Origin: an uncultured Roseiarcus sp.
GTDB taxonomy: Bacteria; Pseudomonadota; Alphaproteobacteria; Rhizobiales; Beijerinckiaceae
Direction of reading: 5' to 3'
NCBI GenBank assembly: GCA_945957375.1
Contig: CAMFKX010000002.1
Span: forward strand, 3,323-67,322
DNA: 64,000 nucleotides
Made by a program: the position numbers and the translations under genes. Of the stretch, positions 39,835 to 49,273 are shown one piece after another (within the stretch, counting starts at the first letter, position 1; each line of letters opens with the position of its first letter). A model generated the notes under the pieces. The model did not search any database, had not been told where the DNA came from, and saw only the letters and a program-made list of their open reading frames with translations.

Positions 39835-40842
39835 GTGAAGGTTCTCAGACTTGCGAAACCGGGCGGCCTCGACCGGCTGACGCTGCGCGACGAGCCGGAC
39901 CCGGGGGCTCCCGGTGCGGGCGAGGTCCGCGTCCGCGTCCATGCGAGCTCGCTCAATTTTCATGATCTCGGCGTCGTGTCGGGGCGGGCGGGCGCCGCCG
40001 ACGGACGGATTCCGATGTCCGACGGCGCGGGCGTCGTCGAAGCGGTCGGCGAGGGCGTTAACGCCTTCGCGCCCGGCGACGCGGTCGTGTCGTGCTTCTT
40101 CCCCACCTGGGAGGACGGCGAGCCGACCATCGCCGACTTCTCGCAGACGCCCGGCGACGGCGTCGACGGCTACGCGCGCGAGACCGTCGTCGCGCCGGCG
40201 ACGGCCTTCACCCGCGCCCCGCGCGGCTGGAGCGCCGCCGAAGCCGCCACGATCACCACCGCCGGCCTGACCGCGTATCGGGCGCTGGTCGTCAACGGCG
40301 GCCTGAAGGCGGGCGAGACGGTGCTTGCGCTCGGCACCGGCGGGGTGTCGATCTACGCGCTGCAGATCGCCCGGGCGATGGGCGCGACCGTGATCGTCAC
40401 CTCGTCGTCGGACGAAAAGCTCGCGCGCGCGATCGGCATGGGCGCCGACCACACGATCAACTATCGGCGCGACGAACATTGGGCCGCCGCGGTCCTCGAC
40501 GCCACCGGCGGGCGCGGCGTCGATCACGTCGTCGAGGTCGGCGGCTCGGGCACGCTGCCGCAGTCGATCGAGGCCTGCCGCATCGGCGGCCACATCGCGC
40601 TGATCGGCGTGCTCACCGGCCGCGGCGGCGAGATCCCGACCGGCCTGCTGATGCGCCGCCAGCAGCGCCTGCACGGCCTGATCGTCGGCAGCCGCAGGCA
40701 CCAGCAGAGCTTCGTCGAAGCGCTCGAGACGCTGGCGATCCGGCCGGTGATCGACCGGACCTTCGCGCTCGAGGACACCGCGGCGGCGTTCCGCTACGAG
40801 GTCGAGCAGCGCCATTTCGGCAAGATCGCGCTGGGGTTCTGA
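39835..40842 (+). CDS. NAD(P)-dependent medium-chain (zinc-type-like) oxidoreductase
   Basis: Motifs SSLNFHD, PMSDGAG, AATITTAGLTA, LGTGGVS and HFGKI. Confidence 0.88.
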   Translation: MKVLRLAKPGGLDRLTLRDEPDPGAPGAGEVRVRVHASSLNFHDLGVVSGRAGAADGRIPMSDGAGVVEAVGEGVNAFAPGDAVVSCFFPTWEDGEPTIADFSQTPGDGVDGYARETVVAPATAFTRAPRGWSAAEAATITTAGLTAYRALVVNGGLKAGETVLALGTGGVSIYALQIARAMGATVIVTSSSDEKLARAIGMGADHTINYRRDEHWAAAVLDATGGRGVDHVVEVGGSGTLPQSIEACRIGGHIALIGVLTGRGGEIPTGLLMRRQQRLHGLIVGSRRHQQSFVEALETLAIRPVIDRTFALEDTAAAFRYEVEQRHFGKIALGF

Positions 40843-40928
40843 AACGGCGCCCGGGCGCGCGCGAGCGCGAACGGGAGCGGGGAACCCGACAGGGACGCAC
40901 GCATCAGGAAGCGACGGGAGGAAGCGGG

Positions 40929-41687
40929 ATGTCGACGACGGGCGGGAACTGGGCGGTGGTGGCGGGGGCGACCGGGGCGCTCGGGAGCGCGATCGCGCGC
41001 AAGCTCGCGTCGAAGGGCCTCAAGGTGCTCGCGGTCGCCCGGCGCAAGGCGGAGCTCGACGCGCTCTGCGCCGAGACGCCCGGCATCACGCCCTGCGTCG
41101 CCGACATGGCGGACAATGCGTCGATCGAGGTCGTGCGCGCCGCGGTCGGCGGGCCGGTCAGGATGGCGGCGCAGGCGGTCGGCCTGCCGATCCGGCCGAA
41201 GGATCAGCCGTTCGACCCGGCCTCCATGGGCGCCGCGGTCAACGTGAAGATCGGCGGACTCCTGCGGCTGACGAGCGCGGTCGACGAGCGGCTCGGCCGC
41301 GGCTCGCGCATCGTCGCGCTCGGCGGCTACCACGGCTTCGAGCCCGACCCGACCGCGACCGGACCGGGCGTGGTCAATTCCGCCCTCGCCAACCTGATCC
41401 GCCAGCTCAGCGTCCGCTACGGCGCCCGCGGGATATCCGTGCATCTGATCTCGCCCGGGCCGGTCGACACGCCGCGCATCCGCAAGCTCGCCGACGACGC
41501 GGCCCGGCAGACCGGGGCCTCCCCCGAAAGCATCCTCGACGGGTGGCGGAAGGAGAGTTCGTTCGGCAAGCTCATCACCGTCGACGAGGTCGCCTGGGCC
41601 GCGGCGCTGCTGCTCGATCCGGAAGCCGACGCCCTGCACGGCTCGGTGCTGCACTTGGACGGAGGACGACGCAAGGGGATCGTTTGA
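40929..41687 (+). CDS. Atypical short-chain dehydrogenase/reductase
   Basis: Motifs AGATGALG, ISPGPVDT and LHLDGG. No canonical YxxxK (GVVNSALAN instead). Confidence 0.8.
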   Translation: MSTTGGNWAVVAGATGALGSAIARKLASKGLKVLAVARRKAELDALCAETPGITPCVADMADNASIEVVRAAVGGPVRMAAQAVGLPIRPKDQPFDPASMGAAVNVKIGGLLRLTSAVDERLGRGSRIVALGGYHGFEPDPTATGPGVVNSALANLIRQLSVRYGARGISVHLISPGPVDTPRIRKLADDAARQTGASPESILDGWRKESSFGKLITVDEVAWAAALLLDPEADALHGSVLHLDGGRRKGIV

Positions 41688-41702
41688 GGGCGGTCGCCCG
41701 GC

Positions 41703-42509
41703 TCAGACCTCGGCGCCGAGTCGGATCGAGATCTTCCGGGCGATCTCGCGAACGTTCGAGACGATGCTGTTGATCTCGCGCTCGTCGAAATCGCGCTTCG
41801 GCAGACTGACGGCGAGGCCGGCGATCGGGCGGTTGCGCGAGTTGAGAACCGGGTATCCGAAGCACACCATCCCTTCCTTCACGCCCTCGTCGTCGATCGA
41901 ATAGCCGCGCTTCCGGCAGGCCGAGATGTCTTCGAGAAGGTCGTCGACGCTCTTTGCGCTCCGATTGGTGAGCGGCGCCGGAAATCCGTCGGCGAACAGC
42001 CGTCTGACCTCGAGTTCGGACATGGCGCCGAGGAACGCCTTGCCGGTCGCGGTGAACGCGGCCGGCAGGCGCATGCCGGCGCGGAACTCGAAGAACGGCA
42101 GGGCGTGCGAGTTGCGCGCCGCAATGTAGACGACCTCCGCGCCGTCGAGCACCGAGAGCGTGATCGTCGCGCCGGGAAACTGGGTGCCCTCGTCCCAGAT
42201 GGTGACGAATTCCGCTGCGACGTCGGAGCGCTCCGAGAAGGCGTTGGCCCAGCGCATGATGTGCGGCCCGAGATGAAAACTCTGGTCGGAGCGGCGGGTG
42301 AGCAGGCCGAGATGGGCGAGCGTGGCGCACAGGCTGTGGGCGGTGCTCCGCGCGATCCCCATCTGGCGCGCGAGTTCGGACGCGCTCAGGCCGTGCGGCG
42401 CCCGGGCGACGAGGTCCATGATGTGCGAAGCGCGCTCGACCGCGGGCACGCGCTGCGGCGTCCCGGCCTTGGCCCCGGCGTTTCCCGTCCTCACTTTCGC
42501 CGCTGACAT
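41703..42509 (-). CDS. IclR-family regulator, BlcR/AttJ-like
   Basis: VPAVERASHIMDLV HTH, GPHIMRWANAF, GMRLPAAFTATGK and RGYSIDD; resembles Agrobacterium BlcR as recalled. Divergent from an attM-like operon. Confidence 0.88.
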   Translation of the reverse strand: MSAAKVRTGNAGAKAGTPQRVPAVERASHIMDLVARAPHGLSASELARQMGIARSTAHSLCATLAHLGLLTRRSDQSFHLGPHIMRWANAFSERSDVAAEFVTIWDEGTQFPGATITLSVLDGAEVVYIAARNSHALPFFEFRAGMRLPAAFTATGKAFLGAMSELEVRRLFADGFPAPLTNRSAKSVDDLLEDISACRKRGYSIDDEGVKEGMVCFGYPVLNSRNRPIAGLAVSLPKRDFDEREINSIVSNVREIARKISIRLGAEV

Positions 42510-42560
42510 TTCACTTGCCTGCCGTTTTTCTTTATGAGATGGTATCCAGAATACGGAACG

Positions 42561-42580
42561 TTGTCCAGCTAAATGGACAA
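42561..42580. promoter_or_regulatory. Candidate IclR/BlcR operator
   Basis: Perfect inverted repeat TTGTCCA-N6-TGGACAA in the AT-rich divergent promoter region. Confidence 0.55.
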
Positions 42581-42660
42581 GAGCTGGAGGAGGAAACATG
42601 GTCCTTCATGGCGCACGGCGTCGTCGCCCCTCCGCTTCCGCGAGCGCGTGAGCGGACACG

Positions 42661-43044
42661 ATGGACATTCGCGACTGGGCCATTCGCTTCGCCGACGCCT
42701 CGGACTCCGACCCGGCGATCGGGGCGATGGCGCGCTACTTCACCTGCACGTACCTGTTCGACATGGGCGAGGCGAAGGTCATCGTCGAGATGGTCGACGG
42801 CAAGGTCCATCGCATCAACATCGCTCCCCAGCCGATGGACGCCTACGACTTCGCCCTGCGGGCGAGCGCGCAGACCTGGCGGGAGTTCGCGCGCGCCGTG
42901 CCGCGGCCGATGTTTCACGGCATCTGGGCGGCGAGCTTTCGCGAGGACCTGCGCATCGAGGGCAACACGCTCGCGCTGATGCAGAACCTGCGCAACTTCA
43001 CGCTGCAGTTCGAGCTGCTGCGCAAGGTGGGGGTTCCGGTATGA
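42661..43044 (+). CDS. Small hypothetical protein, possible SCP2-like fold
   Basis: 127 aa with host-like codon usage. The pattern YDFALRASAQTWREF...LRIEGNTLALMQ resembles the ends of SCP2-like domains. Confidence 0.6.
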   Translation: MDIRDWAIRFADASDSDPAIGAMARYFTCTYLFDMGEAKVIVEMVDGKVHRINIAPQPMDAYDFALRASAQTWREFARAVPRPMFHGIWAASFREDLRIEGNTLALMQNLRNFTLQFELLRKVGVPV

Positions 43045-43086
43045 CGCGCTCGGGCATCGCGGCGGGACGGATCGGCGGAGGCGCGC

Positions 43087-43938
43087 GTGGCTAAGCACTC
43101 TCCCGTCATCGGCCGCTACGTGACCATCGACGTCGACGGCTGCGAGTACAAGGTGTTCTACCTGCAGAACGGTCAGGGCGCGCCGCTGGTCTGCCAGCAT
43201 ACCGCGGGCTGTCACAACCACCAGTGGCGCGATCTGCTCGAGGACGAGGAGATCACCCGCCACTACAACGTGATCGCCTACGATCTCGCCCGACACGGCA
43301 AGTCCGATCCGCCGCTCAACAAGGAGTGGTGGAAAGAGGAGTACCGGCTGACCGCGGACCATTACGTCAATTTCATCGTCGCCTTCTGCGACGCGCTCGA
43401 GCTCAAGGACCCGATCTTCATGGGCTCGTCGTTCGGCGGCAACGTCGCGCTTCAGCTCGCGCTGAGAAAGCCCGATCGGTTCCGCGCCGTGATCCCGGTC
43501 GAGGCGGCGGCGCACGCGCCGGGCTTCTTCCTCGACGTCTGGCGCCATCCGCACGCCAACGCCGCGCAGGTGTGCGCGAGCGGCGTCTGGGACCTCATGG
43601 CGCCGCAGTCGCCCGATCGCGACCGCTGGCTAACCTGGCACTATTACACCCAAGGGTCCGAGGCTTTTCGCGGCGATCTCTACTTCTACTCGGTCGACCA
43701 CGACCTGCGCGACCATCTCGCGAAGATCGACACGCGCCGCTGTCCGGTGGTGATGATGACCGGCACGTACGACTACCTCACGCCGCCCGACGCGACGGAG
43801 AAGACGGCGAGCGGCATCCCCGGCGGCATCTACATCGAGATGGAGGACATCGGGCACTTCCCGATGAGCGAGAACTATCCCGTGTTTCGCATCTATCTCA
43901 AGGAAGCCCTGCGGATCATCAGGGAGCGCACGGGCTGA
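43087..43938 (+). CDS. Alpha/beta hydrolase
   Basis: QHTAG oxyanion region, YDLARHGKS, nucleophile elbow GSSFGG, DYL and GHF catalytic His. Confidence 0.85.
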   Translation: MAKHSPVIGRYVTIDVDGCEYKVFYLQNGQGAPLVCQHTAGCHNHQWRDLLEDEEITRHYNVIAYDLARHGKSDPPLNKEWWKEEYRLTADHYVNFIVAFCDALELKDPIFMGSSFGGNVALQLALRKPDRFRAVIPVEAAAHAPGFFLDVWRHPHANAAQVCASGVWDLMAPQSPDRDRWLTWHYYTQGSEAFRGDLYFYSVDHDLRDHLAKIDTRRCPVVMMTGTYDYLTPPDATEKTASGIPGGIYIEMEDIGHFPMSENYPVFRIYLKEALRIIRERTG

Positions 43939-43977
43939 GGCCCGAGCTTCCGCGAAAGAGAGCTGGAACGGCAGACC

Positions 43978-44901
43978 ATGAAGATCGTCGAGTTCGATGG
44001 GCGAGGGCAGAAGGTCGAGACCGACAGCCGGTCGGTCGGCGGCGGGCGGCGGAGTTCGCTCGCGCCGCGGCCGAACCTCTCGATCGGCGGCGGCGGCGTC
44101 GGCCGCGCCCGCTCCGACGTCCAGCTCTACATGTTCCAGACCGGGACGCTGAAGACCAAGACCAAGTACATCAAGATGAACCAGGGCGAGGGCGACTTCG
44201 AGATCCCCGTGCCGTGGTATCTGATCAAGCATCCCAAGGGGATCGTGGTCATCGACGGCGGCAACGCGGTCGAGGCGGCGCTCGACAAGCGCGCCCACTG
44301 GGGCGCCGTGGTCGACGCCTACGATCCCATCATGGATCCGCGCGAGAATTGCGTCGACCAGTGCCGCTCGGTCGGCGTCAGGCCCGAGGACGTGCGCTAC
44401 GTCGTGCAGTCGCACCTCCACCTCGACCACACCGGCGCGATCGGACGCTTTCCCCGCGCCGAGCACATCGTGCAGCGGCTGGAATACGAATACGCCTACA
44501 ATCCCGACTGGTTCTCCGCCGGGGCCTACATCCGCGCCGACTTCGACCGCCCGAACCTCAACTGGAAGTTCCTCGGCGGCGAATACACCGACCATTTCGA
44601 TCTGTTCGGCGACGGCGTCGTGCGCATGATCTTCACCCCCGGGCACTCGCCCGGCCATCAGTCGTTTCTGATCACCCTGCCCAACAGCGGGCCGATCCTG
44701 CTCGCCGTCGACGCGGCCTATACGCTCGACCACTGGGAGGACAAGGCGCTGCCGGGGCTCGTCACCTCTTCGGTCGACGCGGTTCATTCCGTCGCCAAGC
44801 TGCGCAAGATCGCCGCCGACACCAAGGCGCTCGTCGTCACCGGCCACGATCCCGATCTGTGGCGCACCTTCCGCAAGGCTCCGAGCGCCTTCTACGACTG
44901 A
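43978..44901 (+). CDS. attM: N-acyl-homoserine lactone / gamma-butyrolactone lactonase, AttM/BlcC family, with N-terminal extension
   Basis: Motifs IKMNQG, EIPVP, IDGGNA, VVQSHLHLDHTGAIGRFP, TPGHSPGHQSFL, DAAYTLDHWEDKALPG and VTGHDP match Agrobacterium AttM as recalled. Confidence 0.9.
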   Translation: MKIVEFDGRGQKVETDSRSVGGGRRSSLAPRPNLSIGGGGVGRARSDVQLYMFQTGTLKTKTKYIKMNQGEGDFEIPVPWYLIKHPKGIVVIDGGNAVEAALDKRAHWGAVVDAYDPIMDPRENCVDQCRSVGVRPEDVRYVVQSHLHLDHTGAIGRFPRAEHIVQRLEYEYAYNPDWFSAGAYIRADFDRPNLNWKFLGGEYTDHFDLFGDGVVRMIFTPGHSPGHQSFLITLPNSGPILLAVDAAYTLDHWEDKALPGLVTSSVDAVHSVAKLRKIAADTKALVVTGHDPDLWRTFRKAPSAFYD

Positions 44902-44961
44902 GGCGAGGGGCGCAACGAGCGATCGAAGCCTCGCACAACGATCCATGAGGAGGAAACAACG

Positions 44962-46134
44962 ATGAAAGCCCTGAAAGTCCTGCTACTCGCCGCGACCGCC
45001 AGCCTGGTAGCGCAGGCGACGATGGCCGCCGGCCTCGACGAACTGCCGCCCGACGTCGTCAAGCGCCTCTACAGCAAGGACATGCTCGACCCGGCGCAGC
45101 CGACCGGCGCGAGCGCCTATCGCGACTTCGCCGCCAAGCGCCCGCCGCCGTGGACGATCGGCTACGCCAGCTCCTACGCCGGCAACACCTGGCGCGCCAA
45201 CGCCATGGACCACCTGCTCAAGGAGGTGGTGCCGAAGTGGAAGCAGCTCGGCCTGGTCAAGGACGTGATCATCACCCAGTCGAACCTCAACGATTCGACG
45301 CAGATCCAGCAGATGCGCCAGCTCGTCGACCAAGGCGTCGACGCGATCTTCGTGTGCTGCTCGAACCCGACCGCGCTCAACCAGAGCGTCAAATACGCCT
45401 TCGACAAGGGCGTTCCGGTGTTCTCGTTCACCGGCTACCTGACCTCGCCCTACTCGGTCAATTCTTCGGTCAACTATCAGCTCGCCGGCTACGAGATCGG
45501 CAAGGCGATGGCCGACGAGCTGAAGGGCAAGGGCAACGTCCTCGTGGTCGAGGGCATTCCCGGCACCTCGGCGTCGGACAGCCAGGACCGCGGCGTCAAG
45601 GCGGGGCTCGCGACCGCGCCGGGCGTCAAGATCGTCGGCTCGATCGCCGGCAACTGGACCGACCAGGTCGCGCAGGGCGAAGTGCAGAAGTGGCTCGCCA
45701 CCCACCCCGGCCAGCTCGACGGCATCGTCGTGCAGTCGGCGGCGGAGATGGGCGTGTTGCGCGCCATCGCCCAGTCGGGCCGCAAGGACGTCAAGATCGC
45801 GGTCGGCGGCGAGCTCGGCGCGCTGTGCTCGTGGCGCAAGGATCCGAAGATCATCTCGGCCGCCTATCAGGTCTGGCCGCCCGGCGACGAAATCGAGCTG
45901 ATCTTCGACATCATGATGCGCACCCTCGAGGGCCAGGGCCCGAAGGTGCAGTCGATCCTGGTCGACCCGATCGTGCTGACGATGGACGACGTCAAGGCCA
46001 AGCTCGACGACAAGTGCGACGCGCAGACCGCGTCGTGGTGGGAAGTGGGCCCGAACAAGTGGGGCCAGGATCCGGCTTACCTCAACCAGTTCTTCCTGAG
46101 GCCGGCCGACCCGACCGCCTTCAAGCACAACTGA
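44962..46134 (+). CDS. Sugar-type (RbsB-like) ABC transporter substrate-binding protein
   Basis: Signal peptide, QIQQMRQLVDQGVDAI and VLVVEGIPGTSAS; strong RBS GAGGAGG. Confidence 0.88.
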   Translation: MKALKVLLLAATASLVAQATMAAGLDELPPDVVKRLYSKDMLDPAQPTGASAYRDFAAKRPPPWTIGYASSYAGNTWRANAMDHLLKEVVPKWKQLGLVKDVIITQSNLNDSTQIQQMRQLVDQGVDAIFVCCSNPTALNQSVKYAFDKGVPVFSFTGYLTSPYSVNSSVNYQLAGYEIGKAMADELKGKGNVLVVEGIPGTSASDSQDRGVKAGLATAPGVKIVGSIAGNWTDQVAQGEVQKWLATHPGQLDGIVVQSAAEMGVLRAIAQSGRKDVKIAVGGELGALCSWRKDPKIISAAYQVWPPGDEIELIFDIMMRTLEGQGPKVQSILVDPIVLTMDDVKAKLDDKCDAQTASWWEVGPNKWGQDPAYLNQFFLRPADPTAFKHN

Positions 46135-46145
46135 TCCCGCCGACC

Positions 46146-46182
46146 CGGGATGGGGCCGCCTCTCGCGGGCGGCCTCATCCCG
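46146..46182 (+). terminator. Stem-loop after the SBP gene (mRNA stabiliser or attenuator)
   Basis: CGGGATGGGGCCGCC-N7-GGCGGCCTCATCCCG forms a 15-bp stem with one G-U pair. There is no U tract. Confidence 0.5.
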
Positions 46183-46208
46183 CGCGAGCCAGAGACCCCG
46201 CCCCGGCA

Positions 46209-47924
46209 ATGACCGAAGCCGCCTCGCCCATCGTCGTCACCGCCGCCGGCGTCCGAAAGTATTTCGGGCCGACGCGGGCGCTCGACGGCTGCAGCTTCTC
46301 GGCCCGCGCCGGCGAAATCCACGCCATCATCGGCGGCAACGGCTGCGGCAAGAGCACGCTCGCCAAGGTGATCTCGGGCGTCCTGCCGATCGACGGCGGC
46401 AGCTTCTCGGTCCTCGGCGAAGCGCCCTCGACGCCGGCCGAATCGCGCGCCATCGGCATCGCCACCGTCTACCAGGAGGTGCTCGTCGCCGAGGAGAGTT
46501 CGGTCGTCGACAATCTCTACATGGGCGTCGACGGCCTGTTCTCGGCCTCGGTCCCCGCCGCGCAGAAGATCCGCGACGCCGCCGCGATCATGGAGGAGCT
46601 GGCCGGCCAGCCGGTCGACCCGCTCGCGACCGTGGGCGCGCTGCCGCTCGCGATCAAGCAGTGGATCACCATCGGGCGGGCGCTGCTGTCGCGGCCGAAG
46701 GTGCTGATCCTCGACGAATCGTCGGCCGCGCTCGACTTCGACTCGACCCAGCGCCTGTTCGCCAAGATGCGCGAGCTCAGAGCCGCGGGCGCGACGGTGC
46801 TGATCGTCACTCACCGGATCGCCGAGCTGATCTCGATCTCCGATCGCGCGACCGTCATGCGCGACGGCCGCGACGTCGGCATCCTCGAGGGGGAGCAACT
46901 CACCGAAAAGAACCTGATCGCGTTGATGACGGGCGAGGCGCAGGAGGAGGCGCATCCCGAGCGGCGCGCGCCGCGCCCGGCGGGCCGGGAAGTCGTCATG
47001 CGGGCGCACCGGCTGGTCAATGCGCCGGGCTCGGCGCCCTTCGACTTCGAGCTCCTGCGCGGCGAGATCGTCGGCGTCGCCGGCCTCGACGGACAGGGGC
47101 AGAGCGAGTTCGTCCGCCACCTCGCCGGCGTCGCCCATCCGCTCGCGGGCGAGATCTCGGTTCTCTCCCGCAGCGGCGGCTTTCGCCGCATCGACCACCT
47201 CAAGACCGCGGTCAAGGAGCGCGTCGTCTACGTCTCCGGCGACCGCAAGCGCGAGGGCATCTTCGCGGCGCTGTCGATCTTCGAGAACATGACGATCCCG
47301 CTCTACCGCGAGAAGCGGCGGGCGGGCCTCCTCGGCTTCATCGACTGGCCCTCGCTCGCCGCCGTGTTCGCGCGCGAGGCGGCCAATCTCTCGCTCCGCT
47401 TCGGCGAGCGCGACGACAAGATCACCTCGCTCAGCGGCGGCAACCAGCAGAAGGTGCTGATCGGCCGCGGCTTCGCGCTCCGGCCCGACATCATCGTGCT
47501 CAACGACCCGGCGCGCGGCATCGACATCGGCGCCAAGACCGAGCTCTACCGGCAGTTGCGCGCCTTCGCCGAAGCCGGCAAATCGGTCGTCTACATGTCG
47601 AGCGAGCTCGAGGAGTTCATCGGCTTCGCCACCCGGGTGATCGTGTTCCGCGGCGGCCGCCCGTTCGACGCCTTCGCCGGCGACGAGGTCGAGGGCCACG
47701 CGATCCTCGCCGCCATGTTCGGCCAGACGAGCGGCTCGGGCCTGCGCCACGTCGCCGCCGGTCCCGAGGGGCCGCGTCCTTCCGCCGCCGTCCCGGATCC
47801 CCGGCTCGCGCCGCCGCCTGCGCGCGCCTTCGCGCCCGAGACGCCGGCTGCGCCGCCGCGGCCGACGATCAAGATCGTCGAGTTCGGCGCCCGCGGCGAG
47901 GTCGTGCGCAGGAGGAGCGCGTGA
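46209..47924 (+). CDS. Sugar-type ABC ATP-binding protein (RbsA-like, two NBDs) with Pro/Ala-rich C-terminal tail
   Basis: Motifs GGNGCGKST, LILDES, SLSGGNQQK and DPARGIDIGAK. Confidence 0.9.
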   Translation: MTEAASPIVVTAAGVRKYFGPTRALDGCSFSARAGEIHAIIGGNGCGKSTLAKVISGVLPIDGGSFSVLGEAPSTPAESRAIGIATVYQEVLVAEESSVVDNLYMGVDGLFSASVPAAQKIRDAAAIMEELAGQPVDPLATVGALPLAIKQWITIGRALLSRPKVLILDESSAALDFDSTQRLFAKMRELRAAGATVLIVTHRIAELISISDRATVMRDGRDVGILEGEQLTEKNLIALMTGEAQEEAHPERRAPRPAGREVVMRAHRLVNAPGSAPFDFELLRGEIVGVAGLDGQGQSEFVRHLAGVAHPLAGEISVLSRSGGFRRIDHLKTAVKERVVYVSGDRKREGIFAALSIFENMTIPLYREKRRAGLLGFIDWPSLAAVFAREAANLSLRFGERDDKITSLSGGNQQKVLIGRGFALRPDIIVLNDPARGIDIGAKTELYRQLRAFAEAGKSVVYMSSELEEFIGFATRVIVFRGGRPFDAFAGDEVEGHAILAAMFGQTSGSGLRHVAAGPEGPRPSAAVPDPRLAPPPARAFAPETPAAPPRPTIKIVEFGARGEVVRRRSA

Positions 47925-49273
47925 GCGCGGTCCCCGCCGGAGGCCGGGCGCCCGCGGCGATCGCCGGCGCCCGCTCGAGCCCGCATCTGCTGATGCCGAT
48001 GACGCTGCTGTTCGCGCTCCTGATCATCGCGGTGCTGCGTTCGCCGGTGCTCGTCACCAACGCCGGGCTCGGCAGCGCGGTGATCGTGGCCGCGCCGCTG
48101 ATCCTCGCGACCTACGCTCTGATGTCGACGGTGGTGGCGGGCCGCGGCACCGTCGATCTCGCAATCGGGCCGCTGATCAGCTTCATCAACGTGACGCTGA
48201 TCCAGCTCGTCGCCGCCGACGTGATCGGCTCGCCGATCATCGTGTTCGTCTACGCCGTCGCCGTCGGCATGGCCTACCAGCTCCTGATGGCGCTGATCGT
48301 CATCTTCGTCCGCGTCCAGCCGATCATCGTGTCGCTGTCGGGCTTCCTCGCGCTCTCCGGCATCAACCTCGTCATTCTGCCGAGGCCCGGCGGCGTCGCG
48401 CCGGACTGGATGGCGTCGTGGGGCGCGGGGACGTCGGTGTTCTCGCCGGTCATGGCCATCCTCGCGCTCGCCAGCCTCGCCTGGCTGCTCATGACCCGCA
48501 CCGCCTTCTTCACCCATCTGCGCCTGATGGGCTCGGACGAGCGCGCGGCCTACACGAGCGGCATTCCGATCACCCTCGTGCGCATCGGCGCGCATCTCAT
48601 GGCCGGGTTTTTCGCCGGGCTCTCGGCGATTTGCTTCACCGCGCTGATCGGGTCGGGCGACCCGGGGCAGGGCACCACCTACACGCTGCTCGCCGTGACC
48701 GCGCTGGTGCTCGGCGGCGCCTCGCTCGGCGGCGGCCGGGCGAGTCTCGCGGGCTCGCTCATCGGCGCGGTCGACCTCTATCTCATCACCTACGTGCTCT
48801 CGACCTTCTCCTTCGGCGGCATCCAGAGCTTCGTCACCGACCTGTGCTACGGGGCGATCCTGGTCGCCTCGCTCCTCCTCACCCTGACGCTGCCGGTGAT
48901 CCAGCGGACCATCGGCGCCTTCTCGTCGCTGCTCTATTTCGTCGCGCTCGCCATCGTCGCCCTCGGCGTAATCCTCTACTCGACCTGGACCGGCGACGGG
49001 CCGGCTGCGCCGGGCTCGGCCGCCGCGGGCTTCCTCGAGATCGAGGCGCTGCGCGGCGCGGCGAGCGGGGCCGAGCGCGACGGCCGGATCTGGGCGTTCG
49101 TCGGCGTCCTGCTCCTGACCCTGCCGCTGATCGCCCGGACGCTGATCATGGGCGCGTCGCGCCGCGGCATCGGGCCGATCGTCACCATCGTGCTGGCCGG
49201 CGTCGTCCTGCTCGGCGTCTATCTCGCGACCCACGGCGTCGCCAGCGCGCCGCACGGGTTCGCCCGGCCATGA
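47921..49273 (+). CDS. ABC transporter permease (RbsC-like) with C-terminal extra TM segments
   Basis: Motifs DLAIG, GSDERAAYTSGI and ALVLGGASLGGG. About 450 aa; GTG start overlaps the upstream stop. Confidence 0.85.
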   Translation: MSAVPAGGRAPAAIAGARSSPHLLMPMTLLFALLIIAVLRSPVLVTNAGLGSAVIVAAPLILATYALMSTVVAGRGTVDLAIGPLISFINVTLIQLVAADVIGSPIIVFVYAVAVGMAYQLLMALIVIFVRVQPIIVSLSGFLALSGINLVILPRPGGVAPDWMASWGAGTSVFSPVMAILALASLAWLLMTRTAFFTHLRLMGSDERAAYTSGIPITLVRIGAHLMAGFFAGLSAICFTALIGSGDPGQGTTYTLLAVTALVLGGASLGGGRASLAGSLIGAVDLYLITYVLSTFSFGGIQSFVTDLCYGAILVASLLLTLTLPVIQRTIGAFSSLLYFVALAIVALGVILYSTWTGDGPAAPGSAAAGFLEIEALRGAASGAERDGRIWAFVGVLLLTLPLIARTLIMGASRRGIGPIVTIVLAGVVLLGVYLATHGVASAPHGFARP

